Assembly: GCA_034430475.1 (NCBI GenBank)
Contig: DAOUEA010000071.1
Location: 25,098 to 89,097 of the forward strand
DNA: 64,000 nucleotides
Source: Chloroflexota bacterium
Lineage (GTDB): Bacteria > Chloroflexota > Limnocylindria > Limnocylindrales > CSP1-4
Direction of reading: 5' to 3'
A program made the translations under genes and the position numbers. The notes beneath the pieces are model-generated. The model was given only the letters and a program-made list of their open reading frames with translations, was not told the DNA's origin and made no database searches. This document shows positions 1 to 7,552 of the stretch, piece after piece; the first letter of the stretch is position 1, and every line of letters starts with the position of its first letter.

Positions 1-994
1 GCGGATCGGTCGAGCTTCCCACCGTGCACACGGCGCCCCCCGTGTTCCCGTTCGCATTCGGATCGTGGAACTGCATGTTCGTGAACAGGGGGCCCGAACT
101 TGCCAGCAGGGTGTGCGCGTCCGGGTTGTAGGGCTGGTTGTTGGTGTCGTAGAGCCGGAAGAAGGCGCTGACCGGGTTCGTGCCTGACAGCCAGTAGTCG
201 CCGGTGCCGTCCCGGCCGTCCGTGCCGACGAACACCGGATCGAAGATGTGGACGTGGCCGTTGCTGGAGCCGGGCGGCATCCAGATTCCGTAGTCGTAGT
301 AGCGCTGTGTGTCCCTTTGCGGGTTGGTGCCGCTCGCGGGGTACTTGAGATGCTTGGGCAGGAAGGCGTCCCCGCTCGACGTGGCGGCGCCCTGCGTCAG
401 CATGGTGGCCCAGAAGCCCCGCGGCGCCATGTACTCGCCGTGGGGCCCCGAGAGGGTGATGGGGTCAGACGAGTCCTCCATTTCATAGTCGCCTCGGGCT
501 CCGTAGTAGGCATCCGGGCTGCCCATCGGCACCGGCAGGATGTAGACCGCATGCGCATGGCGGCTGACGTCGAAGTGGTCCCAGCCCAGAGCCCGCAGGA
601 AGAAGGTGGGGACCCTCGCGCTCACGGTGACGTCCATCTGGCGCGAGTCGCCGGCGTTCTGGCTGGCGCTGACGGTGGTGAAGCCGTTCTTGCCGCCCTC
701 CGCCTGGGCCGCGGAGACGCCGCCCGCGACGTTACCCGGCAAGTAGACCACGCCCGCCAGGGCGGCCGCGTCGGCGGCGCGCTGGACGCGCAGCTCCTCG
801 CGCCAGGCATAGGTGACGTCGATGGCGATGCCGACCAGGCCCAGGAGGACAACCAGCATCAGAGCGAAGATCGCGATGATCTGGCCGGCCTCTTTGAGCA
901 ACTCGGCCCCGGCCTTCTCCTCCCTGGTCGGGGCCGAGCTGGCGGAGGTCTCGTCCGAGGTGGCTCGCCGTAGGCGCAGCCGATGGATAGTCAT
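1..994 (-). CDS. TadG-like Flp/Tad pilus assembly (minor pilin-like) protein; C-terminal part cut off by the window edge
   Basis: Not in the ORF track because no stop lies inside the window. Reverse-strand ATG at 994-992 with AAGGAG 9 nt upstream. Translation MTIHRLRLRRATSDETSASSAPTREEKAGAELLKEAGQIIAIFALMLVVLLGLVGIAIDVTYAWREELRVQRAADAAALAG shows a charged N-terminus, one hydrophobic helix and an AxDxxxxA region, as in TadE/G-like proteins. It directly follows two TadE-like genes. Confidence 0.7.
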   Translation of the reverse strand, partial: MTIHRLRLRRATSDETSASSAPTREEKAGAELLKEAGQIIAIFALMLVVLLGLVGIAIDVTYAWREELRVQRAADAAALAGVVYLPGNVAGGVSAAQAEGGKNGFTTVSASQNAGDSRQMDVTVSARVPTFFLRALGWDHFDVSRHAHAVYILPVPMGSPDAYYGARGDYEMEDSSDPITLSGPHGEYMAPRGFWATMLTQGAATSSGDAFLPKHLKYPASGTNPQRDTQRYYDYGIWMPPGSSNGHVHIFDPVFVGTDGRDGTGDYWLSGTNPVSAFFRLYDTNNQPYNPDAHTLLASSGPLFTNMQFHDPNANGNTGGAVCTVGSSTDP

Positions 995-1006
995 GGTGGC
1001 GGCTCC

Positions 1007-1615
1007 TTAGTTGCCTGGCTCGAGGGCCATGACCGTTCGGTCTGTCATGACGATTTCTGTCAGACCCAGGGCGCCCGTGAATGCGCTCAGGGGCGTGAAC
1101 AGTTGGTGTCTGTAGCTGATCGAGACGCCCAGCGAGTCCGCCGGCAGGGTGTGCGCTCGGGAACAGGCGGGCCAGCTCACGCCGCCCGGTGAGAAGACGA
1201 GGGTCAGCCCGTCCACAACGGGGCCGGGCCCTGGAGTCCATTCGTTCACCAGGGACTCGCCGCCGCTCGCGGTGGCCTTGTAGATGTGTATCCAGTCCAC
1301 CTTGCTGATGTCGATGCCCGAGCCCTCGGAAGTCAGGGCCCGCTGGACGGAGGCGACGATCATCGGGTCCACCACGGCCTCATTGGGCGACTGGCCCGAG
1401 CCGCAGCCGTACGCGCCACCGCCGTTGACCAGGGCCGCCCCGACGCGCGCCCCCTCGCGGGTGGCCAGCACGAGGCTCATGTTGGTGCCGATGGCGACTC
1501 CGACTTCCGCGACGGACAGGACCAGGGTGAGGATGATCGGCAGGACCAGGCAGAACTCGACGAGCGCCTGGCCGGCTCCGCGCCGGCGCCGGGAGCGACG
1601 GATGGGCATTGTCAT
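1007..1615 (-). CDS. TadE-like pilus assembly protein (pseudopilin-like)
   Basis: 202 aa. N-terminus RRRRGAGQALVEFCLVLPIILTLVLSVAEVG carries the G-Q-x-LVEFALVLP type TadE motif followed by a hydrophobic helix. Its start overlaps the upstream gene's stop (ATGA, 1612-1615). Confidence 0.75.
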   Translation of the reverse strand: MTMPIRRSRRRRGAGQALVEFCLVLPIILTLVLSVAEVGVAIGTNMSLVLATREGARVGAALVNGGGAYGCGSGQSPNEAVVDPMIVASVQRALTSEGSGIDISKVDWIHIYKATASGGESLVNEWTPGPGPVVDGLTLVFSPGGVSWPACSRAHTLPADSLGVSISYRHQLFTPLSAFTGALGLTEIVMTDRTVMALEPGN

Positions 1616-2226
1616 TTGACCGGCTCCATGCGCATGACGTTGGTCTGGGTGATCGTCATGCCGGTACCGGACATCCCGATCAGCGCGGGCAGGGGCGTGA
1701 CCCAGCCGTACTGGTAGCTGATCGTGATGCCGATCGTGTCAAGCGTCGTGTGCCCGGACTCGCAATCCGTGGCCAGCAGGATGTTGCAACGGTCGTAGGG
1801 GGGATAGCCGGAGGTGGTCAGCGTGTAGGGCACCGTTATGACCGTAGCGTCGGGGAGCGTGACGGAGGTGGAGCCCGTGCGGGTCCAACGGTTCACCGCT
1901 CCGCCCTTGACGTTGCCCGCGCTGTCCGACCAGAAGATGTCGACGTGCTGGATGTTGTTGGAGTTGGCCGGGCCGGCCAGGTCCATCTCGACTCGGGCCA
2001 GGATGACCACGTCCGAGTAGTAGGCGTCGCCCATCTCCGCCGCGACCTGGACCGCGTCACGGCTGGTGAACGAGGCCGAGAGGTACGTGGTGAAGAGGAA
2101 CGCGAACTCGCAGACGGCGACCACGAGGGTGATGAAGATCGGGATGACCAGGGCGAACTCGACGAGCGATTGGCCGCGAGACGGGCGGCGGGCGGGCGCG
2201 TCGGTCCTGCGCCGGTGGATGCGCAT
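1612..2226 (-). CDS. TadE-like pilus assembly protein (paralog)
   Basis: 204 aa. N-terminus SRGQSLVEFALVIPIFITLVVAVCEF is a canonical TadE N-terminal motif. GAGGG lies upstream of the ATG. Confidence 0.75.
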   Translation of the reverse strand: MRIHRRRTDAPARRPSRGQSLVEFALVIPIFITLVVAVCEFAFLFTTYLSASFTSRDAVQVAAEMGDAYYSDVVILARVEMDLAGPANSNNIQHVDIFWSDSAGNVKGGAVNRWTRTGSTSVTLPDATVITVPYTLTTSGYPPYDRCNILLATDCESGHTTLDTIGITISYQYGWVTPLPALIGMSGTGMTITQTNVMRMEPVK

Positions 2227-2436
2227 GAGCAGTACCCTCAGACGGCTTGCATGTGGGGTAGCAAGGAAGCCGAAGGTTACGGGGCCGGCCTTGCACCTGC
2301 CATAACTACGAGGCCCTCCGATGCGTGTAATGCGCGCAAGATGGTGCGTCCGCGCACACAGGTACGAATGCCCGGCCGGCCGGGGCTGGAACGTCCTGGG
2401 CGTGCGTGGGAGCTTCGGCGGGCACCTTACCCAGGG

Positions 2437-3132
2437 TCACTGCCCTGCGTTTGCCGCGGCCAGGCGGTAGCCGCCCGACCGGTCTGTCAGCAGGTGGACG
2501 GGGTGGTCCGGGTCGCGCTCCAGCTTCTGGCGCAGCCGGCGCACGGTCACCCAGACGTAGGCCGGGTCCGCGGCGTCGGCGTCGGACCAGACCTTGTGCA
2601 GGAGCTGCTCGGTTCCGACGGCGGAGGGCATGCTGGCGGCCAGGGTGGCCAGGAAGCGCGACTCGACGGGCGACAGCCGAACCGTCTGCCCTCGAGCCAG
2701 GGCCTCTCTCTTGCGGGGGATCAGGACCAGGTCGCCCAGATCGACCTCGGCCAGCGGGATCTGGTCGGCCAGGCGCCGCAGCACCCGCCTTATGCGCGCC
2801 AGCAGCTCGGCGTAGTCGTAGGGCTTGGTGACATAGTCCTCGGCGAAGCGGGCGATGAGGTCCGCCTTGCTGTCAGCCTCGGCGATCGCGGACAGCACCA
2901 GGATCGGCAGGTCCGCTCGATTCTTGATGCGGGCCGCCACCGCCTGGCCGTCCATCTCCGGCATCAGCAGGTCAAGGATGACCAGGTCCGGCCAGGCGGC
3001 TTCCAGCTGGTCCAGGGCTTCGCGGCCGCTGCTGGCGCGGGCCACCTCGAAGCCGTCGTCGGTCAGCCTCTCGGCCAGCGCCGCCAGGTGGGTGAGGTCG
3101 TCGTCGACGAGCAGCAGTCGAGCCTCGCTCAT
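2437..3132 (-). CDS. OmpR/PhoB-family response regulator (receiver plus winged-helix), no adjacent histidine kinase
   Basis: 231 aa. Receiver motifs LLLVDDD, DLVILDLLMPEMDG and YVTKP, with a C-terminal winged-helix (VWVTVRRLRQKLE...GGYRL). Confidence 0.9.
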   Translation of the reverse strand: MSEARLLLVDDDLTHLAALAERLTDDGFEVARASSGREALDQLEAAWPDLVILDLLMPEMDGQAVAARIKNRADLPILVLSAIAEADSKADLIARFAEDYVTKPYDYAELLARIRRVLRRLADQIPLAEVDLGDLVLIPRKREALARGQTVRLSPVESRFLATLAASMPSAVGTEQLLHKVWSDADAADPAYVWVTVRRLRQKLERDPDHPVHLLTDRSGGYRLAAANAGQ

Positions 3133-3138
3133 GGCGCC

Positions 3139-3144
3139 AGTTTA
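3139..3144 (-). promoter_or_regulatory. -10-like hexamer TAAACT 6 nt upstream of the response-regulator ATG (leaderless-type promoter)
   Basis: The reverse strand reads TAAACT-ggcgcc-ATG, with no Shine-Dalgarno sequence possible. Confidence 0.45.
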
Positions 3145-3282
3145 CGGCGCTGCGCGGGCCCGGGAGATGCCTGTGCGGCGTTCCGTGTCGGCTGACCCGC
3201 CCGACCGCCCGCTGGCTGGACAGGATCGCAGGGCGGGAGCCGCCAGGACTGAAGTGGGGTGCTCGAGCCGAACGCGTGTCGC

Positions 3283-3288
3283 TAGACT
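3283..3288 (+). promoter_or_regulatory. -10-like hexamer TAGACT 7 nt upstream of the M23 peptidase GTG (leaderless-type promoter)
   Basis: The sequence reads TAGACT-cggccgc-GTG. Confidence 0.45.
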
Positions 3289-3295
3289 CGGCCGC

Positions 3296-4114
3296 GTGAT
3301 CAAGCCGACCGCTCGAACAGCGTGGCCGGCGGCCGTCGTCCTTTTCGGATTGGCGGCCTGCACGGTCCCGGCTGCTTCGGCTCCGGCGACGCCGACCGCG
3401 ATCGCGGCCGATCCGTCGCTCTCGCCCGAGGCTTCCCCCTCGGCGCCGGCGACCTACCCGCCGATGCCGGCCGACGGCGCGGTCACGTTCGCGCCCACTC
3501 CTCAGCCGACGCCCACCCCCGCCCCAACTCCCACGCCGGCCCCGGCGGCACCGGCCAACAACCGGTTCACCCCGAGCGGCATCATCGTCGGCGACCACAT
3601 CTTCCCGGTGCAGGGCTGCCGCGTCTCACACTCGCACTATCACAAGTACTACCCCGCCACCGACATCTACGTCGTGGCCGGCTGCAAGTTCGTGGCGACC
3701 ACCAGCGGGGTAGTTGACGAGGTCAGCTACACGGACAAGTGGGACCCCAAGGTCAACGACGGCGCGACCCGGGGCGGCATCTCGATCTCCATCATCGGCG
3801 ACGACGGAGTCCGCTACTACGGCTCGCACATGTCGGGCATCGCCTCCGGCATCGCCCCCGGCGTTCGCGTCTCGGCGGGCCAGACGATCGCCTACACCGG
3901 TCAGACGGGCGACGCTCGCCGTTCGACCGCCCACGTCCACTACGGCATCTCCTGGCCGACCCGGGCCGGGATCTGGTGGGTGCGCCGGGGGATGGTCTAC
4001 CCCTGGCCCTACCTGGAGGCCTGGCAGGCCGGCAAGGAGGCCTACCCGGCCGGCTCAGTGTCGGCCCTCCACGCCGCGATGGGCGACGAGCCGCCCTGCA
4101 CGGCCGCCTGCTAG
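3296..4114 (+). CDS. Secreted M23 (LytM-type) metallopeptidase with Pro/Thr-rich linker
   Basis: In-frame GTG inside track ORF 2855..4114. Signal/anchor sequence AAVVLFGLAACTVP and linker PTPQPTPTPAPTPTPAP. M23 metal-ligand pattern HYHKYYPATD ... YYGSHM ... AHVHYG. Confidence 0.8.
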   Translation: MIKPTARTAWPAAVVLFGLAACTVPAASAPATPTAIAADPSLSPEASPSAPATYPPMPADGAVTFAPTPQPTPTPAPTPTPAPAAPANNRFTPSGIIVGDHIFPVQGCRVSHSHYHKYYPATDIYVVAGCKFVATTSGVVDEVSYTDKWDPKVNDGATRGGISISIIGDDGVRYYGSHMSGIASGIAPGVRVSAGQTIAYTGQTGDARRSTAHVHYGISWPTRAGIWWVRRGMVYPWPYLEAWQAGKEAYPAGSVSALHAAMGDEPPCTAAC

Positions 4115-4806
4115 CGGGAGGCCGCCAGTTCGCGCGCCCGGGCGATCACCGCGTCCAGCATCTCGGGGGTCAGGCGCCCGGTGAAGGTGTTCTGCTGGCT
4201 GGGGTGATAGGCGCCCAGCAGGGTGAGGCGCCCGACCGGGACCTCGGCGCCGTGGCCGAACCGCGGCTTCGGGCCCCCCGTCCGCCTCCGCGCGCCGAGC
4301 GCGCGCAGCGCCCGGAGCGCACCGTCCCAGGCATACGTGCCCAGGGCGACCACGACTCGCAGCTCCGTCAGCAGAACCATCTCCCGGGCCAGGAAGGGCA
4401 GGCAGGCGTCCCGCTCCCCGGGGAGTGGCTTGTTGGCCGGCGGCGCGCAGCGGACCACCGGGGCGATGTAGACGTCCATCGCCGCCAGCCCGTCGCCGCG
4501 GTGGCTGGAGGTGGGCTGATTCACCAGTCCCGCCCGGTACAGGGCCGCGAACAGGAAGTCGCCCGAGCGGTCGCCGGTGAAGAGCCGGCCGGTGCGGTTG
4601 CCGCCGTGGGCGGCGGGCGCCAGGCCCACCAGCAGGAGTCGAGCGGCGGGATCGCCCCAGCCGGGCAGCGGCCGGCCCCAGTACTCCTGGCCGCGGTAGC
4701 GAGCCGGCGGGCTCGCGGCCGTTTCCTCGCGCCACTCCACGAGACGGGGGCAGCGGCGGCAGGCCGTCACCTCGGCCGAGAGAGCGGCGATCGAATCGCG
4801 TGGCAT
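4111..4806 (-). CDS. Uracil-DNA glycosylase, Fe-S containing, family 4/5 (UDGb-like motif)
   Basis: 231 aa. Motifs CRRCPRL, VGLAPAAHGGNRTGRLFTGD (GLAPA-type motif A, as I recall for family 5) and AYHPS (motif B). Confidence 0.85.
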   Translation of the reverse strand: MPRDSIAALSAEVTACRRCPRLVEWREETAASPPARYRGQEYWGRPLPGWGDPAARLLLVGLAPAAHGGNRTGRLFTGDRSGDFLFAALYRAGLVNQPTSSHRGDGLAAMDVYIAPVVRCAPPANKPLPGERDACLPFLAREMVLLTELRVVVALGTYAWDGALRALRALGARRRTGGPKPRFGHGAEVPVGRLTLLGAYHPSQQNTFTGRLTPEMLDAVIARARELAASR

Positions 4807-4812
4807 GGGTCG

Positions 4813-4818
4813 AGTCTA
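4813..4818 (-). promoter_or_regulatory. -10-like hexamer TAGACT 6 nt upstream of the UDG ATG (leaderless-type promoter)
   Basis: The reverse strand reads TAGACT-cgaccc-ATG. Confidence 0.45.
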
Positions 4819-4870
4819 GCGGGCGCGCATCCGCGCCCTGCCGCCATCCGGGCACGGCGCATCTCGCGGG

Positions 4871-4876
4871 TATAAT
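4871..4876 (+). promoter_or_regulatory. Perfect TATAAT hexamer 71 nt upstream of pdxS
   Basis: gcgggTATAATcgg stands out in GC-rich intergenic DNA. No convincing -35 element. GAAGGA lies just upstream of the ATG at 4948. Confidence 0.35.
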
Positions 4877-4947
4877 CGGAGCGCGAGGGCGGTCAGCGTG
4901 CTGCTGAGGCCAACGCCCCGCTCCCCGCCGTAGAAGGACAGGATCGA

Positions 4948-5835
4948 ATGACCGCCCAAACCTCCACCTGGGCCACCAAGGTCGGCCTCGCCCAGATGCT
5001 CAAAGGCGGCGTCATCATGGACGTCGTCACGCCCGAGCACGCCAAGATCGCCGAGGACGCAGGCGCCTGCGCGGTGATGGCCCTGGAGCGCGTACCGTCC
5101 GACATTCGCGCTGCCGGCGGCGTGGCCCGCATGAGCGACCCGGCAATGATCGAGGGGATCATGAAGGCGGTCAGCATCCCGGTCATGGCCAAGGCCAGGA
5201 TCGGGCATTTCGTCGAGGCCCAGGTGCTCGAGGCGCTGGGCGTGGACTACATCGACGAGTCGGAGGTGCTGACCCCGGCCGACGAGACCAACCACATCGA
5301 CAAACACGCCTTCAAGGTGCCGTTCGTGTGCGGCTGCCGCGACCTTGGAGAGGCGCTGCGGCGCATCAACGAGGGAGCGGCCATGATCCGGACCAAGGGC
5401 GAGGCCGGCACCGGCGACATCGTCGAGGCGGTCCGCCACATTCGCACCCTGATGGCCGAGATACACCGCCTGCAGTCCATGCGCGAGGACGAGCTGTTCG
5501 TCGCCGCCAAGGAAATGGAGGCTCCCTACGACCTGGTGAAGAAGGTCCACGACGACGGCAAGCTGCCGGTCGTGAACTTCGTGGCCGGCGGCATCGCCAT
5601 CCCGGCGGACGCGGCCCTGGCCATGCAGCTGGGCGCCGAGGGCGTCTTCGTCGGCTCGGGCGTATTCAAGAGCGAGAACCCGGCCAAGACGGCCAGTGCC
5701 ATCGTCCAGGCCACTCTCCACTTCGAGGATCCCAAGATCATCGCCGAGGTTTCCAAGGGCCTGGGCGCCCCGATGCGCGGCATCGCTGCGGCCGGGGTGC
5801 CCGAAGAGGAACGGCTGGCGGTTCGGGGCTGGTAG
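4948..5835 (+). CDS. pdxS: Pyridoxal 5'-phosphate synthase, lyase subunit PdxS
   Basis: 295 aa. Near-textbook PdxS sequence ([20 protein letters not shown]-like, [33 protein letters not shown]). Confidence 0.97.
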   Translation: MTAQTSTWATKVGLAQMLKGGVIMDVVTPEHAKIAEDAGACAVMALERVPSDIRAAGGVARMSDPAMIEGIMKAVSIPVMAKARIGHFVEAQVLEALGVDYIDESEVLTPADETNHIDKHAFKVPFVCGCRDLGEALRRINEGAAMIRTKGEAGTGDIVEAVRHIRTLMAEIHRLQSMREDELFVAAKEMEAPYDLVKKVHDDGKLPVVNFVAGGIAIPADAALAMQLGAEGVFVGSGVFKSENPAKTASAIVQATLHFEDPKIIAEVSKGLGAPMRGIAAAGVPEEERLAVRGW

Positions 5836-5890
5836 CCCCGCGTAGCGGGACGCACGGCGATTGGCTGCCGAGGCGAACCCGGAGCGCGTG

Positions 5891-6529
5891 ATGAAGATAG
5901 GTGTCCTGGCGCTGCACGGCGCCTTCATCGAGCATATGAAGGTCCTGGAGGGGATCGGCGTCGAGCCGGTCGCGATCCGGCTGCCCCAGCACCTGGACGG
6001 CGTCGCCGGCCTGATCGTCCCCGGCGGCGAGAGCACGACGATACGGATCCTTTCCGCGCGCTGGGGCCTGCGCGAGCCCGTCATGGAGCTGGCCCGGTCC
6101 GGGGCTCCGATCCTGGGCACCTGCGCCGGGATGATCGTCCTGGCGACCGAGATCGCCGGTGGTGAAGAGCCGGTTTTCCCGCTGCTGGACGTCACCGTCC
6201 GCCGCAACGCCTTCGGCCGGCAGCTCGATTCGTTCGAGACGGACGTGGCCGTGCCCGTCCTGGGCGACACGCCGGTCCATGCCATCTTCATCCGGGCCCC
6301 GATCATCGAGCGCACGGGCCCGGACGTGGAGGTGCTGGCCACCCTCCCGGACGGGCGCATCGTCGCCGTCCGGCAGCGCAACGTGGTCGCCGTGGCCTTC
6401 CACCCCGAGCTGGCCGGCGAGGCCCGCATCCACCGTCTGATGGTCACCATGGCTGCCGAGCACGCCGAGCCGGGCGAGGGAGCGGAGGCACAGGGGATTG
6501 AGCCATGGCAGCTCGAGGAGACCTCGTGA
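5891..6529 (+). CDS. pdxT: Pyridoxal 5'-phosphate synthase, glutaminase subunit PdxT
   Basis: MKIGVLALHGAFIEH..., catalytic GTCAGMI and FHPEL. The ATG at 5891 is preferred over the track start at 5861. Short C-terminal extension. Confidence 0.92.
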   Translation: MKIGVLALHGAFIEHMKVLEGIGVEPVAIRLPQHLDGVAGLIVPGGESTTIRILSARWGLREPVMELARSGAPILGTCAGMIVLATEIAGGEEPVFPLLDVTVRRNAFGRQLDSFETDVAVPVLGDTPVHAIFIRAPIIERTGPDVEVLATLPDGRIVAVRQRNVVAVAFHPELAGEARIHRLMVTMAAEHAEPGEGAEAQGIEPWQLEETS

Positions 6530-7548
6530 AGGGCCGCGTCCGCCTGGCCCGAATCACGGACCTGGCCGCGCTGGGAGAGTTGTCGCGGCTGTCGCAGCAG
6601 GAGCACGTGGACGCCCGGTCGCTCGGGCTGCCGGTCAGCGGTCCGCGGATCGGCGTCTTCAGCCTGTTCCGCCTGCCGCTGGGCGCCTTCCGGCCCAACG
6701 ACCTGCTGTTCGTCTACGAGGACGAAGGCCGTCTGTCGGGTCTGCTGAGGGTCGAGCGCGACGCCTCACGCGACGAGATGACGATCGTGGAGCTGGACGC
6801 CATCGGCTCGGGCGAGAGCGGCGACATCCGTTTCCGCCTGGTGCAGCACCTGTTGCGGGACGCGCCCAGGCGCGGCGCCTTCCGGATCCACGTCGCCTGC
6901 GCCGAAGTGCGGGGCAACGTCGAGCTGTTCATGCAGGTCGGCTTCGCCCGCTACGGCCAGGAGAGCCTGCTGTTCCGCAATCCTCGCTCGCCGCTGCCCC
7001 AGGCCTGGTCCGAGAAGGACACTCGCGAGGCCGCGATCCGGCTTTGCCAGCCGCAGGACGCCCTGTCGCTGGCCCGGTTGTACGCGGCCGTGACCCCTCA
7101 GCCGGTCGTCCGCCTGGAGGCCTACCGCCTTTCGGACTGGGAGCGCCAGGGCTCGAGCGCGCGCGTCCCGCGGTCCAGCCTGGCGCCGATCCTTCGCTTC
7201 GCAGACGTCGAGGCCTACGTCCAGGACGACGAGGCCGGCGAGCTGCTCGCCCTGCTGCAGGTGGGCGTCGCCGTCGAGGACCAGCCCCATTACCTGCGAG
7301 TCGTGGCCCGGCCGGGGGCGGATGTCGCGCCCATCGTGAGCTTCGGTCTGGGCCTCATTGGATCGCATGTCGAGAAGAGCGGTAGCTGCCCCAACAACGG
7401 CGTGCTGGCGCCCGTTCGAACCTACGAATCGCCGATCGACCGCCGCCTCGAGGAGGCCGGCTTCGAGAATCTGGCGACGGTGACGCTGCTGATGAAGGAG
7501 GCGCTGGTGCGCGCCGAGGAACCGGCCCTGGTCCCGGCTGTACGCTAA
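6505..7548 (+). CDS. Tandem GNAT-fold (acetyltransferase-like) protein, function unknown
   Basis: 347 aa. Both halves end in GNAT-like segments (NVELFMQVGFARYG; IDRRLEEAGFENLATV). An alternative GTG start at 6526 overlaps the pdxT stop (GTGA). Confidence 0.55.
   Translation: MAARGDLVKGRVRLARITDLAALGELSRLSQQEHVDARSLGLPVSGPRIGVFSLFRLPLGAFRPNDLLFVYEDEGRLSGLLRVERDASRDEMTIVELDAIGSGESGDIRFRLVQHLLRDAPRRGAFRIHVACAEVRGNVELFMQVGFARYGQESLLFRNPRSPLPQAWSEKDTREAAIRLCQPQDALSLARLYAAVTPQPVVRLEAYRLSDWERQGSSARVPRSSLAPILRFADVEAYVQDDEAGELLALLQVGVAVEDQPHYLRVVARPGADVAPIVSFGLGLIGSHVEKSGSCPNNGVLAPVRTYESPIDRRLEEAGFENLATVTLLMKEALVRAEEPALVPAVR
7541..7546 (+). promoter_or_regulatory. -10-like hexamer TACGCT 6 nt upstream of the ATPase ATG (leaderless-type promoter)
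   Basis: The sequence reads TACGCT-aacccc-ATG and overlaps the stop of the preceding gene. Confidence 0.35.
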
Positions 7549-7552
7549 CCCC

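Noticed and set aside
3133-3295. Possible c-di-AMP (ydaO-type) riboswitch upstream of the M23 cell-wall hydrolase (GGGGTG...CCGAAC fragments)
   Set aside because: Only two short fragments resemble the consensus, and the pseudo-two-fold architecture is not visible. The likely promoter (TAGACT at 3283) lies downstream of them, leaving no leader RNA.
4111-4114. Convergent M23 and UDG genes end on the palindrome CTAG, so the two stop codons overlap (TAG on both strands)
   Set aside because: It is real but is most simply a compact-genome coincidence. No hairpin or other signal accompanies it.
4816-6606. 596-aa minus-strand ORF
   Set aside because: It is antisense to pdxS and pdxT, which are unambiguous, and it has no recognisable motifs. 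GC-rich shadow ORF.
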